Position numbers and translations under genes: made by a program
In this document: positions 47,932 through 57,584 of the stretch, one piece after another
Position numbering within the stretch: position 1 is the stretch's first letter
Layout: the number at the start of each line of letters is the position of its first letter
Assembly: GCA_963666975.2 (NCBI GenBank)
Contig: CAXVYR010000002.1
Location: 32,001 to 96,000 of the forward strand
Direction of reading: 5' to 3'
DNA: 64,000 nucleotides
Origin: Terriglobia bacterium
Lineage (GTDB): Bacteria; Acidobacteriota; Terriglobia; 2-12-FULL-54-10
The notes under the pieces: model-generated
Told to the model about the DNA's origin: nothing
Database searches by the model: none
Seen by the model: only the letters and a program-made list of their open reading frames with translations

Positions 47932-49596
47932 TTACAGCCGGGGCTTATACCCTCTTCCGTATATAACCTTTCCCGGACGAGCCTTCGTATGTTCGCCGTT
48001 GTCGATGACGAGCACTCCGTTGACGAGCACGTAGGATATCCCCTCCGGATAGGATTGCGGCTTGTCGAATGAGTTGGTCCCGCGCACTTGGACCGGATCG
48101 AATACCACCACATCGGCGGCAAATCCTTCCCGCAACAGTCCCCGGTCCCGCAAGCCGAGAATCTGCGCAGGCAGCGAGGTCATCTTGCGCACCGCCTCCT
48201 CGATTGCCAGCACCTTCTCGTCCCGGACGTAGTGTCCAAGCACGCGAGAGTTGGTATTGTAGTTCCGTGGATGGGGCACGCCCGGGGCCTCCAGGTTGAT
48301 GGCCGAACCGTCGCTGGCGTGCGCGACCCACGGCTGCCGCATCACCAGGCGGACATCCTCCTCCGACATCGCGTGAAAGACGCCGCTGATGCGGCCTCCC
48401 TCTTCAGCCATCAAAGTGATACAGGTATCGGCTGGATCGGCATCCCCGCGCAGCCGGGCGATCTCCGCCACGCTCATTCCCTCATATTTTTCGTTCTCCC
48501 GCGTGGAGGCGAGGGCCATCGTGATCCCTTCCCACCAACCGTGCTCCTTTGCCCAAGCGATAAACTCCGGGTCCTTCTTGATCTTCTCTCGCAAAGACAG
48601 GTCCTTCAGCCGCCCGGCGAACTTGTCCGGGCCGCCCTCCCTCATCCACAATGGAAAAAACGAACTCCAGTTGTGGAACATAGCGGTATACGGGTACTGA
48701 TTGGCGGTGATCTCAAGGCCACGGGCGCGCGCCGCTTCGATCTGCGCGATGAAGGAACTCATCGTCCCCCAATTCTCGCGGGCTCTTACTTTCAGGTGAA
48801 ACAGATGCACGGGGATCGGCACTTGCTCCGCTACCCGGACCGCAAAGGCAATTTCCTTTTCCTGCTCGAATCCCTCGCTGCCGATGTGCGAGGCGTAGAT
48901 GCCGCCGTAAGAGGCGGCCACCTTGGCCAGGGCGATGGCCTCTTCGGGATGCACCGGGCCACCGCTCTCGAAACGGGTCACAAGGCCCCAGGCCCCCTCT
49001 TCCATCGACCTTGCGGCCAACTGCTTCATCCGCTCCAGCTCGGCCGGGGAAGCCGCCCGCGATTCATATCCCAGAACCACGAGCCGAATCTGTTGCAAGG
49101 AAACGTAAGAAATGACGTTCATCGAAATTGTTTTGCGCCGGAGCAACTCAAAGTAGCCTGTGAAGGTTGTCCAATCGATGCGAACACCGCTGCGGCCTTC
49201 CGCCGGAGGCAGCCCATCGCGCGGAGCAACCGTTGTGGATTCGCCCAGCACGTCTAGGGTGACCCCTTGCCGGACCTTGCTTTGCGCATCTCCGTCCGCC
49301 AACAGCGGCATGTCGGAGTGGGTGTGCAGATCGATGAATCCGGGAGCGACAGTCAGTCCTCTCGCGTCGATAACCCGGGCGGCCTGCGCGCCAGCCAGCC
49401 GGCCAACCGCTGCAATGCGGCCTGCCGTGATCGCGACATCGCCCCGGAACCAGGGATTGCCTGTCCCATCTACAATCCGCCCGCCGCGAATCAACAGATC
49501 GTACGTCTCACTCTGAGAGGATTGCGCGTGCAGGCCGGACACCGCGCTCAGACACACCACCATGACTGCCAGCCACAATTCACATCGCAGGATCAT
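47932..49596 (-). CDS. N-acyl-D-amino-acid deacylase (D-aminoacylase) family, with signal peptide
   Basis: GGRIVDGTG, APGFIDLHTHSD, QYPY, HPR, AVRKMTSLPA, GFAADVVVFD. Confidence 0.9.
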   Translation of the reverse strand: MILRCELWLAVMVVCLSAVSGLHAQSSQSETYDLLIRGGRIVDGTGNPWFRGDVAITAGRIAAVGRLAGAQAARVIDARGLTVAPGFIDLHTHSDMPLLADGDAQSKVRQGVTLDVLGESTTVAPRDGLPPAEGRSGVRIDWTTFTGYFELLRRKTISMNVISYVSLQQIRLVVLGYESRAASPAELERMKQLAARSMEEGAWGLVTRFESGGPVHPEEAIALAKVAASYGGIYASHIGSEGFEQEKEIAFAVRVAEQVPIPVHLFHLKVRARENWGTMSSFIAQIEAARARGLEITANQYPYTAMFHNWSSFFPLWMREGGPDKFAGRLKDLSLREKIKKDPEFIAWAKEHGWWEGITMALASTRENEKYEGMSVAEIARLRGDADPADTCITLMAEEGGRISGVFHAMSEEDVRLVMRQPWVAHASDGSAINLEAPGVPHPRNYNTNSRVLGHYVRDEKVLAIEEAVRKMTSLPAQILGLRDRGLLREGFAADVVVFDPVQVRGTNSFDKPQSYPEGISYVLVNGVLVIDNGEHTKARPGKVIYGRGYKPRL

Positions 49597-49876
49597 GATC
49601 AGCGCTCCTTTTTAGCTGAGGTTTACTATTGCCGCTTCCGCATTGCGACCCATGTTACGCCAGCCCTTTTCATCGTTCAAGGTTCAAGCGTGGACCAAGG
49701 TTCAAGCATGGTTCAAGCAAGCGCTCCGCCCATGAACCACCAGCTTGACCTTGAAAGCAACCATCGCTTCTGCTAAACTTTTTTTGCGGCAAATCTTGCG
49801 TTTGATCTGTCTAAAAACTAACTTGCAAAATACAACGGCTCACAAGCATGAGGCTTTATTCGCGCAGAACTGTAGT

Positions 49877-52183
49877 GTGCGCCGCGGACTTCTGCTGGCT
49901 ATCCTACCCCTGCTGTATGCGCTAGCCTCCCCGCTCGGACTCGCTCAGAACACTGCGGGCAATGGAACTAGAACACACGGCCAGAAGACCATCACCGCCG
50001 TGCGGACGGAATTGCCCGTGACCTTGGACGGAAACCTCGACGAGCCGGCCTGGCAGGCTGGCCGGATCTCCCTGGGTTTTGTGCAAAGAGACCCCCAGGA
50101 AGGCGAGCCCTCCACGGAGAGAACTGAATTTCGCGTCCTCTATACCGCGACCATCTTATATATCGGTGTCGTCTGCTATGACTCCAACCCCGAAGGGATC
50201 GTGGCCAGCGAACGGCGGCGGGACAATGATCTTGGAAACGACGACAGCTTGAGCATCGTTCTGGACACCTTCCACGATCACCGCAACGCCTTCCTGTTTC
50301 GGACCAACCCGCTCGGGACTCAATACGACGCCCTGATCACCGACGAGGGGAGGGATATCAACGAAAGCTGGGACGAGACATGGGACGTAGCGAGCCAGAT
50401 CAGCACGGTGAGCTGGACCGCTGAGTTCGCTATTCCGTTTAAGAGCCTGCGGGTAAGCGAAGACGACGCTCAAAACTGGGGATTGGACCTGGAGCGCGTG
50501 ATTCGGCGGAAGAATGAGTTTTCCTACTGGAACAGCTTCCGACGCGATTTTCAGCTGGAAGACGTCTCGCAGGGAGGACATCTGGAAGGACTGGAGGCCA
50601 TTGAAACAGGGCTGCGGTTGAGGGTCAAGCCGTACGTGTTGGGAGGGTTTGTCAACGAACGCAGGCTCAATCCAACACCTGGGGCAACCGATGCGTTCCG
50701 GAGCACGACTCGCAATTCTTCCGATGTCGGCATGGAGGTGTTGAAATACCGCATCACGCCCAGTCTGACCGCCGATGTGACCTGGCGAACCGACTTTGCC
50801 CAAACCGAAGTGGACGACCAGCAAGTAAACCTGAGCCGCTTCCCGCTATTCTTCCCCGAAAAAAGGGAGTTCTTCCAGGAAGGCGCTGGTGTCTACGAGT
50901 TTGGTGTGGCCTTGGGCGAGGGCTCACGAGCGGCCATGAAGCTATTTCACAGCCGACGAATCGGCCTTTCCCGCAGGCGGCTGCCCGTGCCCATCATCGC
51001 CGGCGCGCGCATCACGGGCAAGCTCCAGGGCTTTACGCTGGGCCTGTTGAACGTCCAGACCGAGGCTTTGCCGTCGGAAAACATCGCAGCCAGCAACTAC
51101 GGTGTCCTGCGAGTGAAACGGGATATCCTGGCGCGTTCCACTATAGGCGGCTTCCTGGTCAGCCGCGAGCAAGGGGGAACCAGCGATTACAACCGCGTCT
51201 TCGGCGCCGACGCCAACTTTATATTCTTCCAGCACCTGACCGTGGGGGGATTCGTAGGTAAATCCAGCGAGCCGAATTCGAAGGGTGACAACTGGACAAC
51301 CGCTGGCAAGATCGATTGGAACAGCGACTTCCTGGGCGTTGGGACTTCCTGGCTGGTCGTGGACCCTAACTTCCGGGACGACGTTGGATTTGTTCCCCGC
51401 AGAAATATGCGGCAGTTTTCGCCATCGATTCAATTCAGGCCACGTCCCGCCAACAACCCATACATCCGGCAGTTCATCATCCGGGCCCGCTCGGACTACA
51501 CCATGAGCCAGCAGAACGTGCTCCAGACCCGCATCAACCACTACGCCTTTGAAATCCGCTTTCAGGACGGCGGTGTCCTGGCATGGAATCCGCATACCCG
51601 CCTGGACCGGCCGGAGGAACCCTTCCGTATCCGTCCGGATATCGTCCTCCCTCCGGGGCTATTATACAGTTGGTGGAATAACGGCTTCCGCTACCGGTCG
51701 AACCCGGCCAAGCAATTCTCGTGGTTCGCCACCTGGAGCCACCATTTCGGCTACTACCGGGGGGGGACGCTTGACAGTTTGAGGCTCAGCGGGCGGCTCC
51801 GGCTGAGCGAACAGTTATCCATCGAACCGGAATATGACTTGAATAATGCCACCCTGCCGGCGGGAGTTTACATGGACGACGATGGGATTTTCCCCGACAC
51901 GGACGGCAAATTTACCGACCACGTGGTCAACACTCGCCTCAACTACAACTTCAACAATCAGTGGCTCACCAGCACCACCATCCAATACAACAGCAGCGAC
52001 TCTTTCCTGGGGTTCAACTTCCGGCTGAACTACATCTTCCGCCCCGGCGACGACCTCTTCCTGGTTTATAACGAGGGCCGGCAGCCCGTGTTCGATGACG
52101 AAGGCCACCGGGTTGCGGGACTACTCGACGGCCGGCGGGACCGTTCCCTGCAGGTCAAGCTTACCTACTCGTTCGACTACTAG
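49877..52183 (+). CDS. CBM9-like / DUF5916 outer-membrane protein (start approximate)
   Basis: LDGNLDEPAW, LDTFHD, DFAQTEVD..QVNLSRFPLFFPEKREFF, barrel-like C-terminus VKLTYSFDY. Confidence 0.85.
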   Translation: MRRGLLLAILPLLYALASPLGLAQNTAGNGTRTHGQKTITAVRTELPVTLDGNLDEPAWQAGRISLGFVQRDPQEGEPSTERTEFRVLYTATILYIGVVCYDSNPEGIVASERRRDNDLGNDDSLSIVLDTFHDHRNAFLFRTNPLGTQYDALITDEGRDINESWDETWDVASQISTVSWTAEFAIPFKSLRVSEDDAQNWGLDLERVIRRKNEFSYWNSFRRDFQLEDVSQGGHLEGLEAIETGLRLRVKPYVLGGFVNERRLNPTPGATDAFRSTTRNSSDVGMEVLKYRITPSLTADVTWRTDFAQTEVDDQQVNLSRFPLFFPEKREFFQEGAGVYEFGVALGEGSRAAMKLFHSRRIGLSRRRLPVPIIAGARITGKLQGFTLGLLNVQTEALPSENIAASNYGVLRVKRDILARSTIGGFLVSREQGGTSDYNRVFGADANFIFFQHLTVGGFVGKSSEPNSKGDNWTTAGKIDWNSDFLGVGTSWLVVDPNFRDDVGFVPRRNMRQFSPSIQFRPRPANNPYIRQFIIRARSDYTMSQQNVLQTRINHYAFEIRFQDGGVLAWNPHTRLDRPEEPFRIRPDIVLPPGLLYSWWNNGFRYRSNPAKQFSWFATWSHHFGYYRGGTLDSLRLSGRLRLSEQLSIEPEYDLNNATLPAGVYMDDDGIFPDTDGKFTDHVVNTRLNYNFNNQWLTSTTIQYNSSDSFLGFNFRLNYIFRPGDDLFLVYNEGRQPVFDDEGHRVAGLLDGRRDRSLQVKLTYSFDY

Positions 52184-52210
52184 CGCACTTTCACCGTTCG
52201 TGTATAGTCA

Positions 52211-52303
52211 GAGCCCGCGCGCCTGTCCCGCCTGCCCTGCCTGCCCTGAGCGAAGCCGAAGGGAGCGAAGCCGAGGGATCAGCAAGCGGTCTCCGAACAC
52301 CAG
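52211..52303. repeat. REP-like composite repeat between convergent genes
   Basis: GAGCCCGCGCG[CCTGCCCTGAGCGAAGCCGAAGGGAGCGAAGCCGAGG]..AGCAAGCGG; matches reverse complement of 23311-23410. Confidence 0.8.
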
Positions 52304-52328
52304 GTGAGCAAGCAAAGCCGACGGTTCG

Positions 52329-54062
52329 TCAGCAACGGCGTTTGATGGCCTGCTGGAACTTGGCGGCGGGCAATGTGTTCAGCACGTCGCGCTTTTCAAG
52401 CCATCCCCGGCGGGCCATGAGCACCCCGTATTTCAAATGCGACAGGTGCTTGGTGTGGTGGGAATCGGTGGAAATCACCAGCTTGACTCCTTGTTGCTTG
52501 CATAAACGGATGTGGTTTTCGCGCAGGTCAAGCCGGTCCGGAAACGAATTCACTTCCATGGCGATGTTTCTGCGCCGGGCCTCGGCAACAATCTTTTCCA
52601 TATCGAACCCAAACGCTTCCCGGCGGAGAACCAGCCGCCCCGTCGGATGCGCCAAAATATTCAGATAAGGATTCTCAAAGGCCACCAGCAGCCGGCCGGT
52701 CATTAGTTCCGCAGAGAGATTCATCAGGGAGTGAACGCTGGCTACCACTACATCCAGTTGGGCCAGGACTTCATTGTCGAGGTCGAGCCTGCCCTCCCGG
52801 TGAATATCCACTTCGGTGCCGGCAAAGATGCGGAACCCTTCCATGCGGGACTCTGCTTTGCGAATCTCTTTGATCTGGGCCAGCACCCGTTTTTCATTCA
52901 TGCCGTTGGCCATCGCCAGCGCCTGGGAATGGTCGGTGATGGCGATGTATTCCAGGTCCCGCTGCTGCGCCGCCTGAGCCATCTCCAGGATGGAACAACG
53001 CCCGTCGGTTGCGGTGGTATGCATGTGCAGGTCTCCGCGAATGTCCTCCTGCCGCAACAGACGGGGCAGCTTCCCGGCGGCAGCCGCGTCAATCTCTCCG
53101 GAATTCTCCCGCAGTTCCGGCTCGATATAAGAAAGACCCAATGCCTGATAGACCTCCTCTTCGGTCCGGCCTGCGACTTTGCGGTCGTCCGAGATACGGA
53201 ACAGGCCGTACTCGCTCAGCTTGTAACCCATCCGCTTGGCCCTGTCGCGGAGCGCCACGTTATGGGCTTTGGAACCTGTGAAATATTGCATCGCCGCGCC
53301 GTAACTCTCCGGCGCAAGCATGCGGACATCCACCTGGATGCCTTCCTTCAATTTCACGCTGACTTTGTTCTCCCCGCTGGCGACGACTTCGGCTACTTTG
53401 GGAAACTTCAGCAGATGACCAGCCGTGTGTTTCCGCGATCCGCCCGTCACCAGAAAATCCAGGTCTCCGATGCTTTCGCATCCGCGCCGCAGGCTGCCCG
53501 CCGAAGTTACTTTTTTCACGCCGCGAGATTGGGCAAGATATTCCCGCAACTCGGCGGCCAGCCCGTCGGCTACATCAATGAGATACCGCCCGGCGCTGCG
53601 CTTATATGCATCTATGGATTTAAGAATTTTCTGTTCGAGCTTCTCCCCCATGCGCGGCAGATCGCGCAGCTTTCCCTCCCGTGCAAGCTGCTCGACATCT
53701 TCCAGCGACTGCACCCGGAAATGGTTCAACAGCAGCGCCGTGCCTTTGGGTCCAAGCCCCTGTATCTGAAGCAGACTGAGCGCGACCGCCGGGTAACGGG
53801 AACGCAGCTCCTGATGCACCGACAACTCGCCGCTCTGGCAGATTTCGCTGATATGCGCGGCCATGCCCTTTCCGATGGAAGGAATGTCGGTCAGCTTGCG
53901 CTCCGGATCGGACAAGATGTCTTCAAGGCGCTCGGTCAGGTTTTCAATCGCCCGGATGGCATTGCGATAGCTTCGAATCCGGAAAGCGTCCTGGCCGCCA
54001 ATCTCCATCAGGTCGGCAGTCTCAGAAAATATCTGAATGATCTCTTTATTTTCCATGCTCAT
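52329..54062 (-). CDS. polX: DNA polymerase X / PHP 3'-5' exonuclease
   Basis: GSLRRG.E.IGDLD, YFTGSKAHN, DLHMHT..TDG, TDHS, AHPTGR, TDSH. Confidence 0.95.
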   Translation of the reverse strand: MSMENKEIIQIFSETADLMEIGGQDAFRIRSYRNAIRAIENLTERLEDILSDPERKLTDIPSIGKGMAAHISEICQSGELSVHQELRSRYPAVALSLLQIQGLGPKGTALLLNHFRVQSLEDVEQLAREGKLRDLPRMGEKLEQKILKSIDAYKRSAGRYLIDVADGLAAELREYLAQSRGVKKVTSAGSLRRGCESIGDLDFLVTGGSRKHTAGHLLKFPKVAEVVASGENKVSVKLKEGIQVDVRMLAPESYGAAMQYFTGSKAHNVALRDRAKRMGYKLSEYGLFRISDDRKVAGRTEEEVYQALGLSYIEPELRENSGEIDAAAAGKLPRLLRQEDIRGDLHMHTTATDGRCSILEMAQAAQQRDLEYIAITDHSQALAMANGMNEKRVLAQIKEIRKAESRMEGFRIFAGTEVDIHREGRLDLDNEVLAQLDVVVASVHSLMNLSAELMTGRLLVAFENPYLNILAHPTGRLVLRREAFGFDMEKIVAEARRRNIAMEVNSFPDRLDLRENHIRLCKQQGVKLVISTDSHHTKHLSHLKYGVLMARRGWLEKRDVLNTLPAAKFQQAIKRRC

Positions 54063-54619
54063 TATTTTCCTTGCTCACTTTTTTCCATGGGACGCAACTG
54101 ACTGAAAGAAACTAAAAACAAAAAAAGCAGCCGGTCTGCCCGCAGGAAAAGGATCTAAAACATCTCCGGAAAATAGTAAGTCACTACGGAGTTCAAGCGC
54201 ATCTCCGTGACAATGAGTTCCTTATTGGGGGGGGTCTAATGCAACCCCGCGCGGGTCGGCCAAACACGTTTGGTTCCCCGCCTGGGTTCGCAGCGGTTTC
54301 TCCTCCCCTTCCGACATCTTGCGATGGACAATCACCGCAAGAATCGCGGTCACGCCTGCCTTCCGGTAGAAATGGGATACTGGAGCCCTATTCATGCCTA
54401 TGAGTCGTTCCTCCACGAATTTCGATCTCAAGCGAACCACACAATAATGCTTAAATGATAGAATAATTTCCACGGAAAGAGAACGATTAGCATGCTTCGG
54501 ATGGGGTTATCTGCAAAGCAGTTTTTTCAGGACACCAAAAAGGGAATGCGTTGCTCCCCGGGAGCAGCCTCCGGCTTGCGGGGATTGTCTCCAGCTTTTC
54601 AAGAAATTGAGGTGCAGGC

Positions 54620-55318
54620 TTGTTGATTTTGTGGGTTCTCGCTTTTCTGCTTCCTCTAGGAGTCCTCGCGGCGACAGTCTACTACGCCGTAGCGACCCCG
54701 GCCTCCCAATGGCTGGGCAGGACACTGGTTTGCGGGAATCCTGCTGCGGAAACAATCGCGCTGACGTTTGACGACGGGCCTGGCGAAGCCACGCCGCTCG
54801 TCCTGGAAATATTGCGCAAGGCGGGCATTCGCGCCACCTTCTTTCTGTGCGGCCAGAATGTGGAACGATTTCCCGAGCACGCGCAGCTCATTGCGGAGGA
54901 GGGTCACGAGGTTGGCAATCATACACACTCGCACCCCTCTTTCCTGTGGAGGACCCCCGGAAAGATCGCCTGGGAAATTGACCGGGCGCAAGAGGTGATC
55001 GTCTCACGAACCGGACACCGCCCCCGGCTGTTTCGCCCGCCCTACGGGCGTCGCTGGTTCGGACTCTTCCCCGTCCTTCACAGTCGTGAGTTGAGGACAG
55101 TCATGTGGTCCGTTTCCGGCCGGGATTGGCGATTACAGGCTGCGGCAATTGCAGACCGGGTCCTCCGCAAGGCGAAGGGGGGGGCGATTATTATCCTTCA
55201 TGACGGCTGTCCTCCCGGCCAGCGAGGCGACCGCAGGCAAACCGCAGAGGCGCTCAAAGGAATCGTGCAGGCTCTGAGCAAACGTTATCGCTTTGTCACT
55301 GTCTCGGAGATGTTTTGA
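54620..55318 (+). CDS. Polysaccharide deacetylase (CE4/NodB)
   Basis: ALTFDDGP, GNHTHSH, FRPPYG, ILHD. Confidence 0.92.
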   Translation: MLILWVLAFLLPLGVLAATVYYAVATPASQWLGRTLVCGNPAAETIALTFDDGPGEATPLVLEILRKAGIRATFFLCGQNVERFPEHAQLIAEEGHEVGNHTHSHPSFLWRTPGKIAWEIDRAQEVIVSRTGHRPRLFRPPYGRRWFGLFPVLHSRELRTVMWSVSGRDWRLQAAAIADRVLRKAKGGAIIILHDGCPPGQRGDRRQTAEALKGIVQALSKRYRFVTVSEMF

Positions 55319-55429
55319 AGGCGCTCAGCGAGCAGGAAGGCAGCGTGCAGAATTGCAGGCTGGAAAATCGGCGCGAGAACAAGACAGGAGTCCCTTTTCC
55401 TGCCAGATCGAGCGGGTTCTAAAGAAAAA

Positions 55430-56242
55430 CTACAGTTTCAGCAACTCTCGCAGACGCTTGGTTTGCGCGCGGCTAACGGGAATTTCCGCATTCCTGCGGT
55501 CATCCATCTTCAGTTGGTAAGAGCTTTTGAACCAGGGAACCACTTCCTTGATGTGGTTGATGTTCACGAGGTAGGAGCGATGGACGCGCCAGAAGACGGA
55601 GGGGTCCAGGTTAGCCTGCAGGTCTTCAATCGTGCGGTAATTCGACTGTCCTTCCAACCCTCGCGTCACCATGCTGATGAGTCCGTCTTCGATCGTTGCA
55701 TAGATGAGTTCGCTGGCGTCGATCAGCAAGAGCCGGTTATTGCTGCGGACGAGCAATTTCGTCTGCTGGGTCGGTTGCACGCTCAGCATACGCATCATCT
55801 CTTCGAGCTTCGCCGCCGGGCTCGGCGGCGACTCCAGCACGCGGCGGACTTTCTGCAACGACTGCGTCAGCCGCGCCTTGTCGATCGGCTTCAGAAGATA
55901 GTCGATGGCGTTCAGCTCAAAAGCTTTGACGGCGTACTGATCGTAAGCGGTAACAAAAATCATATAAGGAACCGGAACCTTGCTTTTTTTGTCCAGAAGC
56001 TTGCGCACCAACTCCATACCATCCAGCCCGGGCATCGCGACATCCAGAAACAGCACGTCCGGCTGGTGTTCTTTGATCAGGTGGTAGGCTTCCAGGCCGT
56101 TCTTGCCCTGGGCCACCAAGTGAACTTCCGGGTGCGCTTTCAGCAGGAAGGCTAATTCCTCGCGGGCAAGCGGCTCGTCATCCACCAGTATTGCGGAAAT
56201 GGTCGCCATCGCCGCCACCGTAGCTGTGTGCTCTCCCTTCAT
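55430..56242 (-). CDS. LytTR-family response regulator
   Basis: VDDEPLAR, FLDVAMP, TAYDQYA, YLLKP, FWRVHRSYLVN, PVSR. Confidence 0.95.
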   Translation of the reverse strand: MKGEHTATVAAMATISAILVDDEPLAREELAFLLKAHPEVHLVAQGKNGLEAYHLIKEHQPDVLFLDVAMPGLDGMELVRKLLDKKSKVPVPYMIFVTAYDQYAVKAFELNAIDYLLKPIDKARLTQSLQKVRRVLESPPSPAAKLEEMMRMLSVQPTQQTKLLVRSNNRLLLIDASELIYATIEDGLISMVTRGLEGQSNYRTIEDLQANLDPSVFWRVHRSYLVNINHIKEVVPWFKSSYQLKMDDRRNAEIPVSRAQTKRLRELLKL

Positions 56243-56267
56243 CTTCCCTCCTCAACAAATAACACTA

Positions 56268-56296
56268 AGTATAGCAACATCTCGCGATCCATCCAA
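56268..56296 (-). promoter_or_regulatory. Sigma70-like promoter for the LytTR gene
   Basis: TTGGAT-17 bp-TATACT with TG extension, upstream of a GAGGAG RBS. Confidence 0.55.
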
Positions 56297-56375
56297 ATGC
56301 TTTGCTTCCTCCACCGGTTTTCGAAAATGAGGGGTCGTGTCACCCCGCCCGGCCCCAGGCCGCGCGCGTTACGCA

Positions 56376-56384
56376 TGGTATAAT
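56376..56384 (+). promoter_or_regulatory. Extended -10 promoter
   Basis: Perfect TGnTATAAT (TGGTATAAT). Confidence 0.6.
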
Positions 56385-56387
56385 GCG

Positions 56388-56531
56388 CTCCGGCGAGGCG
56401 AGGGCTGAAAGCTCCTTGTGGAAATGGGAAGGCTCCCTCACAGAGATTTGCACCAGCACGATCGGCTGCTTGGACCCCAGCATTGGAGCCGCGGTGAAGG
56501 AAAGCTCCCAAAGCTTTTTTTCCCGCCGGAG
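56388..56531 (+). ncRNA. Candidate structured RNA (rod-like hairpin), family unknown
   Basis: Nested complementary pairs CTCCGGCG/CGCCGGAG, AGCT-CCTT/AAGG-AGCT, GGCTCC/GGAGCC, CCAGCA/TGCTTGG immediately after the promoter. Confidence 0.4.
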
Positions 56532-56587
56532 GCAAACCGGGGTTGGGCGGCGAAGGGTTGGGCAACAAAAAGCAGGGCGGCGAAGAG

Positions 56588-57121
56588 TTGACATTGGCCA
56601 GATTGCGCAGCTCGTCTCAAGCGATTTTCCGCGGCAAGGTCTTTTCCGTTCGCCGGCACTCCGTCGTCGAACCGGGAGGCGTGTCGGCCACAAGAGAGTT
56701 GGTTCATCACGCCGGTTCCGCCGTCATTCTGCCGCGTTTTCGCGACGGGAGAATTATCCTGGTGCGCCAGTTTCGTTTGGCCGCCGGGGGTTCTCTTTGG
56801 GAGTTGCCCGCCGGCTCCCTCGAAAAAAATGAAAGCGCGCTGCATGCGGCCAAACGGGAGCTTGCAGAGGAAACCGGCTATGGTTCCTCGTCCTGGCGCA
56901 AGCTGGTGGAATATTATCCCAGCCCGGGATTCCTCGACGAGAAGCTGACGCTTTTTCTGGCCCGAAACATTCGTCCCGGCCCGCCCTGCCCGGAATCCGA
57001 TGAGCGCATCCGGGTCCGTTCCTTCCACATGCCGGAGTTGCTGTCTATGATTCGAACGGGAAAGATTCGAGACGGAAAGACGCTTCTTGGATTGCTCTAC
57101 TTCCAGTGGCTCGCTTCTTGA
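56588..57121 (+). CDS. NUDIX hydrolase (ADP-ribose pyrophosphatase NudF-like); start approximate
   Basis: LVRQFR, ELPAG.....E....AAKRELAEETG Nudix box, SPG, IRDGKT. Confidence 0.9.
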   Translation: MTLARLRSSSQAIFRGKVFSVRRHSVVEPGGVSATRELVHHAGSAVILPRFRDGRIILVRQFRLAAGGSLWELPAGSLEKNESALHAAKRELAEETGYGSSSWRKLVEYYPSPGFLDEKLTLFLARNIRPGPPCPESDERIRVRSFHMPELLSMIRTGKIRDGKTLLGLLYFQWLAS

Positions 57122-57135
57122 AAGGGTTTTGAGAC

Positions 57136-57537
57136 ATGCCAGAATACACGCCAGGACACGCGCGTTCCGGGCTCGACGCTCCGCTTCCCCCCCTAGCCAC
57201 ATGGCCCAACCAATTTTCCGGCTACGAGATCACCATTCAGATTCCGGAATACACCTCCATCTGTCCCAAGACGCGTCTGCCGGATTTCGGCGTCATTACC
57301 ATCCGCTATATTCCAGGCCGGCTGTGCGTGGAATTGAAGTCGTTGAAGTATTACATCCTGGGATACCGGAACCTGGGCATCTTTTATGAAAACGCCGTGA
57401 ACCGCATCCTGCAGGACTTAGTGAAGGCATGCAAACCGCTTCAGGCCACTGTCACAGGTGAATTCAAGATTCGCGGCGGAATGAAAAGCGTGATCGAGGC
57501 CCGCTACCAGCGCAAACGCGCCTCCCGAAAAACTTGA
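57136..57537 (+). CDS. queF: NADPH-dependent 7-cyano-7-deazaguanine reductase
   Basis: PEYTSICPKTRLPDF, VELKSLKYY QueF motif, RGG. Confidence 0.95.
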   Translation: MPEYTPGHARSGLDAPLPPLATWPNQFSGYEITIQIPEYTSICPKTRLPDFGVITIRYIPGRLCVELKSLKYYILGYRNLGIFYENAVNRILQDLVKACKPLQATVTGEFKIRGGMKSVIEARYQRKRASRKT

Positions 57538-57584
57538 TAGAACAAACCCTTCCTGTTCAACCCTGAGCGAAAAGGCTTGCCGCT

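Noticed and set aside
52731-54101. 456-aa + strand ORF
   Set aside because: Antisense to polX.
54180-54540. Small ORFs or ncRNA between polX and the deacetylase
   Set aside because: No recognisable motif or convincing structure by eye.
56390-57135. Canonical preQ1 riboswitch before queF
   Set aside because: No small preQ1-I stem with an A-rich tail recognised; queF is only 14 bp after the NUDIX gene.
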